From a virus, in the IMG/VR virus record IMGVR_UViG_3300027777_000031, positions 1-64,000 of that record: a stretch of 64,000 nucleotides of DNA, one strand, 5' to 3'. Position 1 is the stretch's first letter, and each line of letters opens with the position of its first letter. The notes below the pieces were generated by a model. That model was not told the DNA's origin. It did not search any database and saw nothing but the letters and a program-made list of their open reading frames with translations. Both the position numbers and the translations under genes were made by a program. Positions 1 through 11,323 of the stretch are shown here, piece after piece.

Positions 1-122
1 AAAAAATAAAATATTTTGCCCATCATTATGGTTTGGACCTTCCGGTGAAAATCCACACTTTAATATTTTTGAAAAAAAATGGGATATAATAAATGTAAAA
101 TATAATAACGGATTATTAATAT

Positions 123-932
123 ATGATGAGAAAATTTAATATGATTTCAGGCGCGTTTGCCCACGACGTTGGGTGTACCGTAAATAAAAAACCAACTTTT
201 TGGGAATGGGATTTTAGTACACAAGATAGTGACATTAGTTTTTATTTGGATGGGGATATTCAAAGAGGGTTTAATGACGCGAATAATGGTAAGAAAAAAT
301 ATTTGTGGACATTAGAATCACCCCAATTTAATAGTGACGTATTTAACACAATTAAAAATAATTTAGATAAAACACTTTCAACTTTTGAAATGATTTTTAC
401 GTATAATGATGAGTTATTATCTTTAAACGAAAAATTTAAAAGAGTTCCTGCTATGGGGTCTTGGATAAAAGAACCAAAAATACACGAGAAATCTAAATTA
501 ATGTCAATGATTGTGTCAAACAAACAATGGTCTTCTCAACAATCTTTTAGATTTAACTTTGCCCAAGATAATAAAGATAAGTTTGATTTATTTGGTAGAG
601 GTATAAATGAAATACCTCAAAAAGAAGATGGGCTAGTAAACTATATGTTTTCAATCTGTTCTGAAAATGACACATTTGACACTTATTTTACAGAAAAAAT
701 CTTAGATTGTTTTGCCACAGGGACTATTCCAATTTATTTGGGGACAAAAAAAATTACAAATTTTTTTGATGAAAACGGAATACTATTTTTAGATGATATA
801 GATTTAAATACCATAAATGAGGAATTATATTACTCAAAAATAGAAAGCGTAAAAAACAACTTCAATTTAGTCCAACAATATTTGTGTCCTGAAGACTTCA
901 TTGCTAAAAACTATATTTCAGATATCATATGA
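123..932 (+). CDS. Glycosyltransferase family 10 (fucosyltransferase-like)
   Basis: LESP motif and C-terminal Y-x-F-S-I-x-x-EN...YFTEKI-x-D-x-F-x-x-GTIPIYLG signature typical of GT10. Confidence 0.8.
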   Translation: MMRKFNMISGAFAHDVGCTVNKKPTFWEWDFSTQDSDISFYLDGDIQRGFNDANNGKKKYLWTLESPQFNSDVFNTIKNNLDKTLSTFEMIFTYNDELLSLNEKFKRVPAMGSWIKEPKIHEKSKLMSMIVSNKQWSSQQSFRFNFAQDNKDKFDLFGRGINEIPQKEDGLVNYMFSICSENDTFDTYFTEKILDCFATGTIPIYLGTKKITNFFDENGILFLDDIDLNTINEELYYSKIESVKNNFNLVQQYLCPEDFIAKNYISDII

Positions 933-2326
933 GAAAAGTAATATCATTTTCATTATTCGGAAATGACCCACTATATAATATTGGGATAATTAGAAATTCC
1001 GAATTAAAAAAAATTTTTTTCGTAGATTGGGAAATGTGGGTTTATTACGATAACACAGTACCAGAAAGTACAATAGAAACTTTAAAAAATAATGGTGTAA
1101 AATTGTTGTTATCTAATGGAATGTCATTTGAAAGGAGTATGTGGAGATTTCAACCGGCATCCGATAAAAATATTGACTATTTTATTTCTAGAGATGCGGA
1201 TTCTAGAATCTCAAAAAGAGATGAGGTGTCAGTAAATGAGTGGATTTTATCCGGAAAAGACTTTCACATTATTAGAGACCATCCGGTAGGTCATAATTGG
1301 TTTATGAATGCAGGTATGTGGGGATGTAAAGGTGGGTCCGTTACTGATATATTTTCTTTATACAAATCCTATATAAATAATTATAATGTTTATGACAAAT
1401 ATGTTGACCAACATTTTTTAAGAAATGTTATATACCCTATTTGTCAAAATTCATTATTTTCTCACGACGAATATTTTAACTACGAACCATTTGCCGAAAA
1501 AATTAAAAGAGATAGACAAATTGATAATTTCGCATTTATTGGTGAGTCTATAGATATTAATGATGAATCAAGATATACAAGTCAACCCGGTGACCAAAGA
1601 GTAACAATTATTGAAAGATATAATAAAAATCCAAATCATATGGATTTCACTTTTGGTATTATCACTGATGGGAATAGTTGTCAATTTGTTCAAAATCAAA
1701 TTGATAGTATTAAAAAACAAAATATTTTAAATTATGAAATTATTATTGTCGGAAATTGTGATATACCAACAGATAAAAATGTAACTATAATTAATTTTGA
1801 TGAAAATCAAAAAAATTCTTGGATTACTAAAAAGAAAAATTTAATAACCTATAATGCAAATTATGAAAATATTGTATTTTCTCACGACTATTTTGTATTT
1901 GAAGACGGTTGGTATGAAGGTCAACTTTTATCAGGTAATGATTTTGAAATTAGAATTGATAAAATTGTAAATTCTGACAATACTAGATATCGAGATTGGG
2001 TTTTATGGACAGGAGATAATGATGAACTTCATTCAATAGTTAAAGAAAATGCAATCCTCCCATATGATGTAAATTATATGTCAAAACACCAATATATTTC
2101 AGGTGGATATTGGATTTCAAAAAAACATATTATGGAAGAATTCCCATTAAATGAAACACTTTCTTGGGGTGAATCCGAAGATGTTGAATGGTCTAAAAGA
2201 GTTAGAGACAAATATAAATTTACTATGAATCAAAATTCTACAGTAAAATTATCAAAATATAAAAATAGGGTTTTTGAAATTATGAACGATTCTATTTTAT
2301 TAAACTTACAAAAAACATACTTATGA
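929..2326 (+). CDS. Two-domain glycosyltransferase-like fusion
   Basis: N-half has ISFSLFG, WRF, SRDADSR, FHIIRDHP, AGMWG, DQ-x-FL; C-half is GT2-like (FTFGIIT, EIIIVGN, HDY, WGESEDVEW). Confidence 0.65.
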   Translation: MRKVISFSLFGNDPLYNIGIIRNSELKKIFFVDWEMWVYYDNTVPESTIETLKNNGVKLLLSNGMSFERSMWRFQPASDKNIDYFISRDADSRISKRDEVSVNEWILSGKDFHIIRDHPVGHNWFMNAGMWGCKGGSVTDIFSLYKSYINNYNVYDKYVDQHFLRNVIYPICQNSLFSHDEYFNYEPFAEKIKRDRQIDNFAFIGESIDINDESRYTSQPGDQRVTIIERYNKNPNHMDFTFGIITDGNSCQFVQNQIDSIKKQNILNYEIIIVGNCDIPTDKNVTIINFDENQKNSWITKKKNLITYNANYENIVFSHDYFVFEDGWYEGQLLSGNDFEIRIDKIVNSDNTRYRDWVLWTGDNDELHSIVKENAILPYDVNYMSKHQYISGGYWISKKHIMEEFPLNETLSWGESEDVEWSKRVRDKYKFTMNQNSTVKLSKYKNRVFEIMNDSILLNLQKTYL

Positions 2327-3681
2327 AACTTATAATTTTTGATTTAGATGGTGTTTTAATCGATACTAAAAATATTCATTACGAATCTTTAAACTTAGCA
2401 TTATTAGAGATTGACCAAAAATATAAAATAACGATTGACGAACATTTAAAAAAATATGATGGATTAAAAACAAACCAAAAATTAAATATGTTAACTCAAG
2501 AAAAAGGGTTACCTCAATCATTACATAAACAAATATGGAACCGTAAACAAGAACTAACTTTAACTATGTTAGAAGATATTCAAGTAAATGATGATATATT
2601 GAATTGTTTAAAAAGTTTATCAAAAAATTATAAATTAGTTTGTTGTTCAAACAGTATTAGAAAAACTATTTTTGTGATATTAAATAGATTGAAAATAATT
2701 GAGTATTTTGATTTAATAATATCTAACGAAGACGTTGTTAATAGTAAACCTCATCCTGAAATGTACTGGAAAGCTATGGCGTGTTTTGGTTTTACTCCGG
2801 AAGAAACTTTAATAATTGAAGATTCCCCACACGGGTTATTAGCGGCGAATAGAGCAAATACAAACATTTTAAGAGTTGATAATTCTAAACAAATAACACT
2901 TGAAAATATTACAAATAAACTTAATAAAATAACAAACAATAATATGAAAATACCTAAATGGAAAAACGAAAAATTAAATGTCTTAATACCAATGGCTGGT
3001 GCTGGAAGTAGGTTTGAATCAGCGGGTTATACATTTCCAAAACCATTAATAGATGTTAATGGTAAACCAATGATTCAGGTTGTTGTTGATAATTTAAATA
3101 TTGAAGCAAATTACATTTATGTGGTTCAAAAAAAACATAGAGAGAAATATAATTTGGACACATTATTAAATTTAATAACTCCAAATTGTAAAATTGTAGA
3201 GGTTGATGTTTTAACTGAGGGTGCTGCTTGTACCGCATTATTAGCGAAAGATTACATAAATAATGATTATCCATTATTCTTTGCTAATTCAGACCAATAT
3301 GTTGAATGGGACTCAAATGAGTTTATGTACAAAATGACCGAAAGTGAGTGTGATGGAGGTATAGTTACGTTTAAATCTATTCACCCTAAATGGTCTTTTG
3401 TTAAAACAGATATAAATGGTTTTGCAACATCTGTGGCAGAAAAAAATCCAATATCAGATGACGCAACTGTTGGGTATTATTATTGGAAAAATGGTTCTGA
3501 TTTTGTTAAATACGCAGAAAAAATGATTTCAGATAATAAAAGAGTTAATAATGAATTTTATGTTTGTCCGGTTTTTAATGAAGCAATATCTGACGGTAAA
3601 AAAATAAAAATTTTTGAATCAAAAAAAATGTGGGGATTAGGAACTCCTGAAGATTTAAAAACATATTTAGAAAATTTTTAA
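2323..3681 (+). CDS. HAD phosphatase fused to sugar-phosphate nucleotidyltransferase
   Basis: FDLDGVL...KPHP...IEDS HAD motifs followed by LIPMAGAGSRF...PKPLI nucleotidyltransferase motif. Confidence 0.85.
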   Translation: MKLIIFDLDGVLIDTKNIHYESLNLALLEIDQKYKITIDEHLKKYDGLKTNQKLNMLTQEKGLPQSLHKQIWNRKQELTLTMLEDIQVNDDILNCLKSLSKNYKLVCCSNSIRKTIFVILNRLKIIEYFDLIISNEDVVNSKPHPEMYWKAMACFGFTPEETLIIEDSPHGLLAANRANTNILRVDNSKQITLENITNKLNKITNNNMKIPKWKNEKLNVLIPMAGAGSRFESAGYTFPKPLIDVNGKPMIQVVVDNLNIEANYIYVVQKKHREKYNLDTLLNLITPNCKIVEVDVLTEGAACTALLAKDYINNDYPLFFANSDQYVEWDSNEFMYKMTESECDGGIVTFKSIHPKWSFVKTDINGFATSVAEKNPISDDATVGYYYWKNGSDFVKYAEKMISDNKRVNNEFYVCPVFNEAISDGKKIKIFESKKMWGLGTPEDLKTYLENF

Positions 3682-3684
3682 AAA

Positions 3685-4464
3685 ATGATAGAAAATTATG
3701 AATTAAGACCGTTAAATTTTATAGAATTTGAACCTAAAATTAAATCTAATAAAAAATTTATCAATAATGTAACACAATCTGACTATTCTGCAGGAATATA
3801 TGGACATTATTGGACATTTGATTTTGTAAAAGTGATTTCAGATTTTATAGATTTTGAAGATATTAAAATAATTTTTGATGTGGGTAGTAGAGATTGTCTA
3901 CAAAGTCAAGAATTTTATAAATTTTTCCCTCAATCACACATATGGGCGTTTGAAGGTAACCCAAATTTATTTCCAATATGTGAATTAAACTCTCAGAATT
4001 ATCCTATTACATTTGTACCCAAAGCATTGACAAATTATAATGGGACGACTATTTTTAATGTTGTTGATGATGAAAATGTTGGAGCATCTTCTCTATTAAA
4101 AACAACGGATATTGGTAGGTCATCAGAATGGAAACAAAGAGAAGTAACGGTTGATTGTGTTAGATTAGACACTTTTATGGAAGATAATAATATACCACAT
4201 ATCGATTTACTTTGGGTTGATGTACAAGGAGCCGAAAAAATTGTTTTTGATGGGTTAGGAGATAAATTAAAAAATGTGAAAGCAATAAACACAGAAATAG
4301 GTTTACAACCATTATATCACAACTCAACAGAAGCTGAGGAATTTAATAACTATATGATTGAAAATGGGTTTATAAATTTAAAATCATATTATATGGATTC
4401 AGTTTTTGATAGAAATGATGAAATGGAGATAATTTATTTAAACAAAAAATATTTAAAAAAATAA
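3685..4464 (+). CDS. FkbM family methyltransferase
   Basis: FDVGS...AFEGNP...RLD...IDLLWVDVQGAE. Confidence 0.85.
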   Translation: MIENYELRPLNFIEFEPKIKSNKKFINNVTQSDYSAGIYGHYWTFDFVKVISDFIDFEDIKIIFDVGSRDCLQSQEFYKFFPQSHIWAFEGNPNLFPICELNSQNYPITFVPKALTNYNGTTIFNVVDDENVGASSLLKTTDIGRSSEWKQREVTVDCVRLDTFMEDNNIPHIDLLWVDVQGAEKIVFDGLGDKLKNVKAINTEIGLQPLYHNSTEAEEFNNYMIENGFINLKSYYMDSVFDRNDEMEIIYLNKKYLKK

Positions 4465-4466
4465 AA

Positions 4467-5111
4467 ATGATATACACTTTCGGAAATAGTCACGCTCATT
4501 TATTCACTGATTCAAAACCAGCAACATATGGTATTGGCGAAAATAAAAATAGTTCGTTTACAAGTATTTCACTCGGACCAACCATCGCATTCAATTTCTA
4601 TGAACATCATTTTAGTAGATTAAAAGAATACTTAAATAATTTACAATTTGATAAAGATAAAGATTTTATAATGTTAATAATTGGTGAAGTGGACTGTAGA
4701 TGGCATTTACCGTACCAATCAAGTATTCAAAATCAATCTAATGAGGAAATTGTTAAAGAATGTATTGATAGATTTTTTAGAGTGTACTTAGATTTAAAAA
4801 ACTTAGGGTATAATTTGATTGGGTGGGGAGGACACCCTTCAACAAGAAGAGGTCATAGTGATGATGCTTCCGAACCAATTTTTGGGGATTGTTTAACTAG
4901 AAACAAAATATCTTTAATGTGGAATAATCTTTTAAAATCAAAATGCGAAGAAGTCGGAATTCCCTTTATTAGTATTGTTGAAGAACTAATTGATGAGGAT
5001 GGATTAACATACGAAAAATATTTTTTAGATTATTGTCATTTAAATCATAATATGAGTAAAGATTTAATTAAAAATAAATTTAAAGAAATTAATATATCTG
5101 TTTATGAGTAA
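4467..5111 (+). CDS. SGNH/GDSL hydrolase-like protein
   Basis: FGNSH at the N-terminus, GEVDCR, and a C-terminal D-x-x-H (DYCHL). Confidence 0.6.
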   Translation: MIYTFGNSHAHLFTDSKPATYGIGENKNSSFTSISLGPTIAFNFYEHHFSRLKEYLNNLQFDKDKDFIMLIIGEVDCRWHLPYQSSIQNQSNEEIVKECIDRFFRVYLDLKNLGYNLIGWGGHPSTRRGHSDDASEPIFGDCLTRNKISLMWNNLLKSKCEEVGIPFISIVEELIDEDGLTYEKYFLDYCHLNHNMSKDLIKNKFKEINISVYE

Positions 5112-5796
5112 TAAAAAAGTTTTTATAAAACATCATTTGGGACTTGGGGACGCTATAGTACATAATGGGATGGTTAGAAAAATATTTGAAGAAAAAAATT
5201 GTGATATTTTTTTAGCGTCAAAATTTACTAACATAGATAATGTTAGGTTTATGTATAGAGACAATCCAAGAATAAATGTGGTAGGTGTAAACAATGACGA
5301 TGAAATGAATCAATTAATTAATAATAATCAATATGATGAGATTATATCGTCACATTTTGATACCGGTAGATTACGTTATGATTTAGATTTTGATGATTCT
5401 TTTTATAAAATTGTTGATATGGACCCAAATGTGAAAAAAGAATATTTTCACATAGAAAGGAATCAAAATAAAGAAAATGAAGTTTTTGATACATTAGTAA
5501 CTAAAAAAGATATTGACCGATATATTTTCTTACACGAAAAACCAACGGAAAACATTCTAATAGACAGAAATAAAATTAGAAATGATTTACCGATTATTTA
5601 CGCCGATAAACAATTTAAAACTTTTGATTTATTAAAAATTATTGAAAATGCTGAAGAATGTCACATAATTAGTAGTTCATTTTTATCTCTTTTTATGTGT
5701 AAAAAGTATAACAAAAATGTATTTGCTCATATGTACGCCGACAGAATAGAATTAAAAGATTACATTATAAAAAATAACATTCAAGTAATAATATAA
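5104..5796 (+). CDS. Putative glycosyltransferase (GT-B-like)
   Basis: HHLGLGD N-terminal motif, IENAEECH-x-ISSSF; lies in glycan cluster. Confidence 0.5.
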   Translation: MSNKKVFIKHHLGLGDAIVHNGMVRKIFEEKNCDIFLASKFTNIDNVRFMYRDNPRINVVGVNNDDEMNQLINNNQYDEIISSHFDTGRLRYDLDFDDSFYKIVDMDPNVKKEYFHIERNQNKENEVFDTLVTKKDIDRYIFLHEKPTENILIDRNKIRNDLPIIYADKQFKTFDLLKIIENAEECHIISSSFLSLFMCKKYNKNVFAHMYADRIELKDYIIKNNIQVII

Positions 5797-5802
5797 CTAA
5801 TT

Positions 5803-6672
5803 ATGATAATTAAATACCCCAATTTATTTCCTGACGACCCAGCGTTAAAATTAAACTTTGAAACACTTAACACATCGGACACTCCAAATATTGAATTTCA
5901 TATTGACCCTAGAAAAGATTTTGTAAGGGAACCTAATAAAAAATACATTTGTTTAAATTTAGAATTACCAAATTCTTTTGCCTTAGTTGAAGGTAGAAAC
6001 GACAATGTTTTCCATTATGAAAATTTATATGATAAAATTTTAACAATTTGTCCATATACTGTAAAAATAAGAAATAAAGTTTTAGGTAGAGAATTATATC
6101 AATATTGTTATTTTCCATCACCGTCATCCTGGAATAGAGAAAATGACAAAGAATTTGATATTATATATACAGGGTCCGGTTCAGAGTTTATAATCCCTAA
6201 TGGTTTTGAAAAATATAATTATAAAGTTATTAATCAAACTCAATGTAAGTATATTACTGATATGAATGTAGATTTTTCATCAAAGTTAGATTTAATTTCA
6301 AAATCAAAAATAACAATCGTTCATAATATCTTAAATTTAAATAGATGTGATTTAAATTTTGACACACATAATTATTTTGAATACCGAAGTGAAAAATTAG
6401 GTTTCCCGATTCAAACACAGCATAAATCAAGAGTTATTGAGGCGGCTAGATGTAAATCACTATTATTATGTAAAGAAGACGATTTTAATTTAATTGAAGA
6501 CCTTTTTGTTGAAAATGAAGATTTTATTTATTTCAATGATGAAAATTTCAATGAAAAAGTTGACCATATTTTAAATAACTATAATGATTACCAATTTATG
6601 ATTGAAAACTCATTCAATAAAGTTGAAACAAAATATAGTATAAAAAATTTTTATAACGATTTAATAAGATGA
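5803..6672 (+). CDS. Putative glycosyltransferase (CgeB-like C-terminal domain)
   Basis: DIIYTG, SKITI, KSRVIEAA-x-CKSLLL, LFVENEDFIYF. Confidence 0.6.
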   Translation: MIIKYPNLFPDDPALKLNFETLNTSDTPNIEFHIDPRKDFVREPNKKYICLNLELPNSFALVEGRNDNVFHYENLYDKILTICPYTVKIRNKVLGRELYQYCYFPSPSSWNRENDKEFDIIYTGSGSEFIIPNGFEKYNYKVINQTQCKYITDMNVDFSSKLDLISKSKITIVHNILNLNRCDLNFDTHNYFEYRSEKLGFPIQTQHKSRVIEAARCKSLLLCKEDDFNLIEDLFVENEDFIYFNDENFNEKVDHILNNYNDYQFMIENSFNKVETKYSIKNFYNDLIR

Positions 6673-7604
6673 ATTTATTTGTAATTACAACAACAATTAA
6701 TGTTCCGACAAAAGCAACTTTAAAGTTTTGTGAACTATCGGAAAAAAAAGATTTTAAATTTATAATAATTGGTGATTTAAAAACCCCTCACGAATTATAC
6801 AGAAATTTAGAAAAAAAATATAATAATGTGACTTATTTATCTCCGGATGAACAAGAAAATTTATATCCTGAAATAAGTGAACTTATAGGATGGAAAACAA
6901 TACAAAGAAGAAATATTGGATTCATTTATTCTTATTTGAATGGTGCTGAAATTGTCGCAACCATTGATGATGATAATATACCTTATGATGAATGGGGAGA
7001 TAATATCTTAGTAGGTAAAGAAATTGAAGTCGATTTATTTGAAAACACAGCTTGTGATTACTTTGATGCTTTATCAGTAACAAACCATTCAAATCTTTGG
7101 CATAGAGGATATCCAATAGAATATCTTTCTAAAAAAAATGATGTAGAATATAAAGGTAAAACAACAATAACCCCACTAATTCAAGCAGAATTTTGGGATG
7201 GAGACCCGGATATTGACGCCATATGTAGACTAACATTGAAACCAATTGTTAAATTTAATAATTTTGAACCGTTTACAACAAACCAATTAACTCCGTTTAA
7301 TTCTCAAAATACATTTATACATAGAAAAGTATTAAAGGATTATTCAGTATTTCCAAATATAGGAAGAATGGATGATATTTGGGGGGCATATGTTTTACAA
7401 AATTATCATCCTAACTCAATAATTTTCACAAAAGCTTCAGTATATCAAGAAAGAAACCCCCAAGATTTAGTAAAAAATTTAGAAAACGAAGTCTTTGGGT
7501 ATAGAAATACATTAAAATTACTAGAAGATTTGGAAAACTATAAAAATTATTTACCAGAAAATACAAATAAGTATTTTGATGAATATAAACAATATTTTAA
7601 ATAA
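6669..7604 (+). CDS. STELLO/RGP-like (DUF288-type) glycosyltransferase or mutase
   Basis: ITTTIN, GDLKTP, RRNIG, IDDDN, HRGYP, DPDIDAI, PFNSQNT, GRMDDIW. Confidence 0.7.
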   Translation: MNLFVITTTINVPTKATLKFCELSEKKDFKFIIIGDLKTPHELYRNLEKKYNNVTYLSPDEQENLYPEISELIGWKTIQRRNIGFIYSYLNGAEIVATIDDDNIPYDEWGDNILVGKEIEVDLFENTACDYFDALSVTNHSNLWHRGYPIEYLSKKNDVEYKGKTTITPLIQAEFWDGDPDIDAICRLTLKPIVKFNNFEPFTTNQLTPFNSQNTFIHRKVLKDYSVFPNIGRMDDIWGAYVLQNYHPNSIIFTKASVYQERNPQDLVKNLENEVFGYRNTLKLLEDLENYKNYLPENTNKYFDEYKQYFK

Positions 7605-7605
7605 A

Positions 7606-8646
7606 ATGAAAAAAGCACTAATTTTAGGTGGAGGAGGCTTTATAGGTGGACATTTAGCCAAAAGATTAAAAGAAAACGGATATTACGTTAGAGTTTGTGA
7701 TATTAAAGAACACGAATATTTCACTAAAGATGAATTCTGTAATGAATTTATTTTAGGAGATTTAAGAGACCCTTTAATTGTTTCACAAGTTATGTTTGCT
7801 CCCGGACAAACATCCTTAGAAGATAAAGAAAATAGTTTTGATGAAGTATATCAATTGGCTGCCGATATGGGAGGTGCCGGATATATTTTTACCGGAGATA
7901 ACGATGCAAATGTTATGCACAACTCCGCGTTGATTAATTTAAATGTTGTTCATTTTGCATCTAAATTTAATGTGAAGAAAGTATTTTATTCATCATCAGC
8001 GTGTATGTATCCGGAACATAATCAATTAGACCCAAACAATCCAAATTGTGAAGAAAGTTCTGCATATCCAGCAAATCCTGATTCAGAATATGGTTGGGAA
8101 AAATTATTCAGTGAAAGACTATTTTTAGCATTTAATCGTAATTACGGTTTAGATGTAAGAATTGCAAGATTCCATAACGTGTTTGGACCTTATGGTACTT
8201 GGAATAACGGTAAAGAAAAAGCTCCTGCGGCTATGTGTAGAAAAGCCGCTGAAACCGCGGATGGTGGAGAATTTGAAGTTTGGGGTGATGGAACTCAAAC
8301 TCGTTCATTTTTATACATCGATGAATGTTTAGAAGCGGTCTCAAGATTTATGGAACAAGACTCATTTTTAGGTCCGGTTAACATTGGGTCTGAAGAAATG
8401 ATTAGTATTAATGATTTGGCAAAAATGGCGATTAATATATCTAAAAAATCAATTAAAGTCACTAATATATACGGAGACAAATTTTTTGAAAAATATGGAT
8501 ATAAATGTCCTGTAGGTGTTATGGGTAGAAAATCTGATAATAATCTATACAAAGAAAAAATAGGTTGGTCTGTTTCAGAACCATTAGAACTTGGAATTAA
8601 AAAAACTTTTGAATGGATTCAAACTCAAGTGGAATCAAAATTATAG
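7606..8646 (+). CDS. GDP-mannose 3,5-epimerase-like NAD-dependent epimerase
   Basis: GGGGFIG, LAADMGGAG, SSACMYP, YGWEK, GKEKAPAA; start moved to the ATG of MKKALILG. Confidence 0.85.
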   Translation: MKKALILGGGGFIGGHLAKRLKENGYYVRVCDIKEHEYFTKDEFCNEFILGDLRDPLIVSQVMFAPGQTSLEDKENSFDEVYQLAADMGGAGYIFTGDNDANVMHNSALINLNVVHFASKFNVKKVFYSSSACMYPEHNQLDPNNPNCEESSAYPANPDSEYGWEKLFSERLFLAFNRNYGLDVRIARFHNVFGPYGTWNNGKEKAPAAMCRKAAETADGGEFEVWGDGTQTRSFLYIDECLEAVSRFMEQDSFLGPVNIGSEEMISINDLAKMAINISKKSIKVTNIYGDKFFEKYGYKCPVGVMGRKSDNNLYKEKIGWSVSEPLELGIKKTFEWIQTQVESKL

Positions 8647-9026
8647 ATAACCCAACGACCTTTGAAGTTGACACTTTTCTAAAAGAAAACTTAGAAGGTC
8701 AAAAAAAATTTAGATATTTTGAAAAAAGAGAAACGTCAATCATAAACAATCACACAAAAAAAATTTTAATCTATATTGATGATACTATTGCAGGGTATGG
8801 TCATATTGAATTTGAAGACAAATTTTGGTTAGGTATTATGGTTGGTGATAATTTTACAGGTAAAGGTTTGGGTAACATTATAATGGACGAATTATTAAAA
8901 AATATTACTCACCCAGTTTTTTTAACTGTTGATATCGATAATATCCCGGCAATAAATTTATATACAAAAAAAGGATTTGTTTTTGTGGAAAAAATAAACT
9001 ATTATTATTTAATGAAAAAAAATTAA
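8613..9026 (+). CDS. GNAT family acetyltransferase
   Basis: TGKGLG acetyl-CoA motif and N-x-x-AINLY-x-K-x-GF. Confidence 0.8.
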   Translation: MDSNSSGIKIIDNPTTFEVDTFLKENLEGQKKFRYFEKRETSIINNHTKKILIYIDDTIAGYGHIEFEDKFWLGIMVGDNFTGKGLGNIIMDELLKNITHPVFLTVDIDNIPAINLYTKKGFVFVEKINYYYLMKKN

Positions 9027-9029
9027 AAT

Positions 9030-9338
9030 ATGGCAGATACATTAGGAACTTTAATTGATAAATTAACCACAGTAGATTTAAAAATGTGGAATAATCAAGA
9101 ATTACTTTATAAGATAAGAAAAATGAACTTTGAAGAATATAAAGAAAAATATTTTTCATCTGAAGACGGAGCTAAAGAATTATGGGAAACTTTAAAAAAA
9201 GCAACAGATTTAAATGTTCAACGAAATCAACTAATTAATGAGGTTGATGAAAAAATCATAGAAATGATTAATAACAAATTTGATGGGGGTGATTTAGATA
9301 ACGGTAAATTTTTACAAAGGTCACATAAAACATATTAA
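9030..9338 (+). CDS. DUF4254-like helical protein
   Basis: TLG-x-LIDKL...K-x-W...LN-x-QRN-x-LI-x-E-x-D pattern. Confidence 0.5.
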   Translation: MADTLGTLIDKLTTVDLKMWNNQELLYKIRKMNFEEYKEKYFSSEDGAKELWETLKKATDLNVQRNQLINEVDEKIIEMINNKFDGGDLDNGKFLQRSHKTY

Positions 9339-9347
9339 AAAAACATA

Positions 9348-10238
9348 ATGCAAAAAGATTTTTTATTTTTAAATTACTCTTGGGTATGGGGGTCAACAAC
9401 ATACTTTAATTACTTCAGAGAAAAAGGTCATACTATTGACATTTTTAATGAAACTAACTTACCGACTCATTTAGAACACACATATAAAAATGTTGTTCTT
9501 TATTTACACGAAGGGTCAACAATACCTATTACCAATCATTTATTAAACAATTATCTTAAAGATTCTTTTTTAATACAGCACGATGATACCGATGAAGAAC
9601 AAATACAAGTTTGGTCAAACAGAAAACCTGACTTATATATGCAAAGAGAATTAACTAAAGACACTATAATTAATTCAAATACTCCGGTAATACCTTTCCA
9701 TTTTCCAATGAAAAGTATTTTTGATGAAAAATTAAATGAAGAAAAAATATACGATGTTTCTTTTGTCGCAAATATGACCAATCAAAGACGATGGAAATTT
9801 GTTGACTATATTATTGAACTATCTAAGAATGAATTAAGTCATTTAAATTGGTATATCGATGTTAAAGGTGCGGATTATACACCGGGTCACGCAACTGAAA
9901 ATTTTAAATCAGTTACAAATAAATCTAAAATTGGTCTTCATTATTTTGGAAACTCATATGACTCAACAAGAATATGGGAAATATTATCGTGTAAAACTGC
10001 GTTATTAATGCCAAAAATGAGAAATTTATCAGTATCTGATGATTTTATGCCATTAAAAAATTACACAGTTTTTAACGATGATATGAGTGATTTAAAAGAT
10101 AAAATTTTAGAATTATTAGATTCTGACAATTATATTAAAAAAGCTGAAGAAGGTTTTAATGAATATAATTCATACCATAATGTTGAAAAATCTTGTGAAT
10201 ATTACTATAACCAAATTATGAAATATTGTAAAAAATGA
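9348..10238 (+). CDS. Putative glycosyltransferase (GT-B)
   Basis: YDVSFVA, SKIGL...GNSYDSTRIWEIL. Confidence 0.55.
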   Translation: MQKDFLFLNYSWVWGSTTYFNYFREKGHTIDIFNETNLPTHLEHTYKNVVLYLHEGSTIPITNHLLNNYLKDSFLIQHDDTDEEQIQVWSNRKPDLYMQRELTKDTIINSNTPVIPFHFPMKSIFDEKLNEEKIYDVSFVANMTNQRRWKFVDYIIELSKNELSHLNWYIDVKGADYTPGHATENFKSVTNKSKIGLHYFGNSYDSTRIWEILSCKTALLMPKMRNLSVSDDFMPLKNYTVFNDDMSDLKDKILELLDSDNYIKKAEEGFNEYNSYHNVEKSCEYYYNQIMKYCKK

Positions 10239-11323
10239 TTCCAATATACAAACCATATTTAAATAAAAATATTACAAAATTTGCACATAACGCAATTGAT
10301 TCTACTTGGATATCTTCTCAAGGATATTTCTTAGATGCTGCTAAAGAAAAATTAAAAGAATTACTTGATGTTAAATACGTCATTTTAACTAATAACGGTA
10401 CAACAGCAACACATTTATTATCTAAATCAATTGAATATAAAAACAAAAATATCAAGAAAATTATTTGTCCAAATAACGTATATGTGGCGGCTTGGAATTC
10501 TTTTTTATATGATAAAAATTTAGAATTAATTCCATTAGATTGTAATTCAGATACTTGGAATGCGGATTTTACAAAAATTAATGAAGTACAGGATGATGAA
10601 GCTGTTTTAATTGTTCATAATTTAGGTAACATAATAAACGTACCTGAGTTAAAATTAAAATACCCAAATACGTTATTTGTTGAGGATAATTGTGAAGGGT
10701 TTCTTGGTAAATATAATGACAAATATTCCGGAACAGAAAGTCTTTGTTCTTCAGTTTCTTTTTTTGGTAATAAAACAATAACAAGTGGTGAAGGAGGGTG
10801 TTTTATAACTAATGATGATGACGTTTTTGATTATATCAATAATATTAGAAATCAAGGACAATCAGACGTAAAATTTATTCATAACAATTTAGGTTATAAC
10901 TATAGGATGACAAATATCCAAGCATCTTTATTATATGGTCAATTACTTTATATTGATGAAATAGTTGAAAAGAAAAAAATAATATTTGACAGATATTATT
11001 CAAATCTTAAAAATTTAGATAATGTCTTCTTTCAAAAACAAGAAGAAAATACGGAACATTCAAATTGGATGTTTTCAGTTGGTTTTAAAGATTTAACAGA
11101 AAATCAAAAAATAAAACTACAACATTTTTTATTTGATAAAAAAATTGAAACTAGAACTATGTTTTATGAAATAACAAAACATAATCATTTAAAAAATATT
11201 GAATGCGTTACAACTATTGCCGAAAAACTTAATAAAGAAGTTTTATTATTACCTAGCTACCCTGATTTAACTATAAATCAAGTTGACTATATTTGTGAAA
11301 GTGTAAAAAAATTTTTTAAATGA
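10235..11323 (+). CDS. DegT/DnrJ/EryC1/StrS aminotransferase (GDP-perosamine synthase-like)
   Basis: WISSQG, NGTTATHL, VEDNCE, SFFGNKTITSGEGG, GYNYRMTNIQA, LPSYPDL. Confidence 0.88.
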   Translation: MIPIYKPYLNKNITKFAHNAIDSTWISSQGYFLDAAKEKLKELLDVKYVILTNNGTTATHLLSKSIEYKNKNIKKIICPNNVYVAAWNSFLYDKNLELIPLDCNSDTWNADFTKINEVQDDEAVLIVHNLGNIINVPELKLKYPNTLFVEDNCEGFLGKYNDKYSGTESLCSSVSFFGNKTITSGEGGCFITNDDDVFDYINNIRNQGQSDVKFIHNNLGYNYRMTNIQASLLYGQLLYIDEIVEKKKIIFDRYYSNLKNLDNVFFQKQEENTEHSNWMFSVGFKDLTENQKIKLQHFLFDKKIETRTMFYEITKHNHLKNIECVTTIAEKLNKEVLLLPSYPDLTINQVDYICESVKKFFK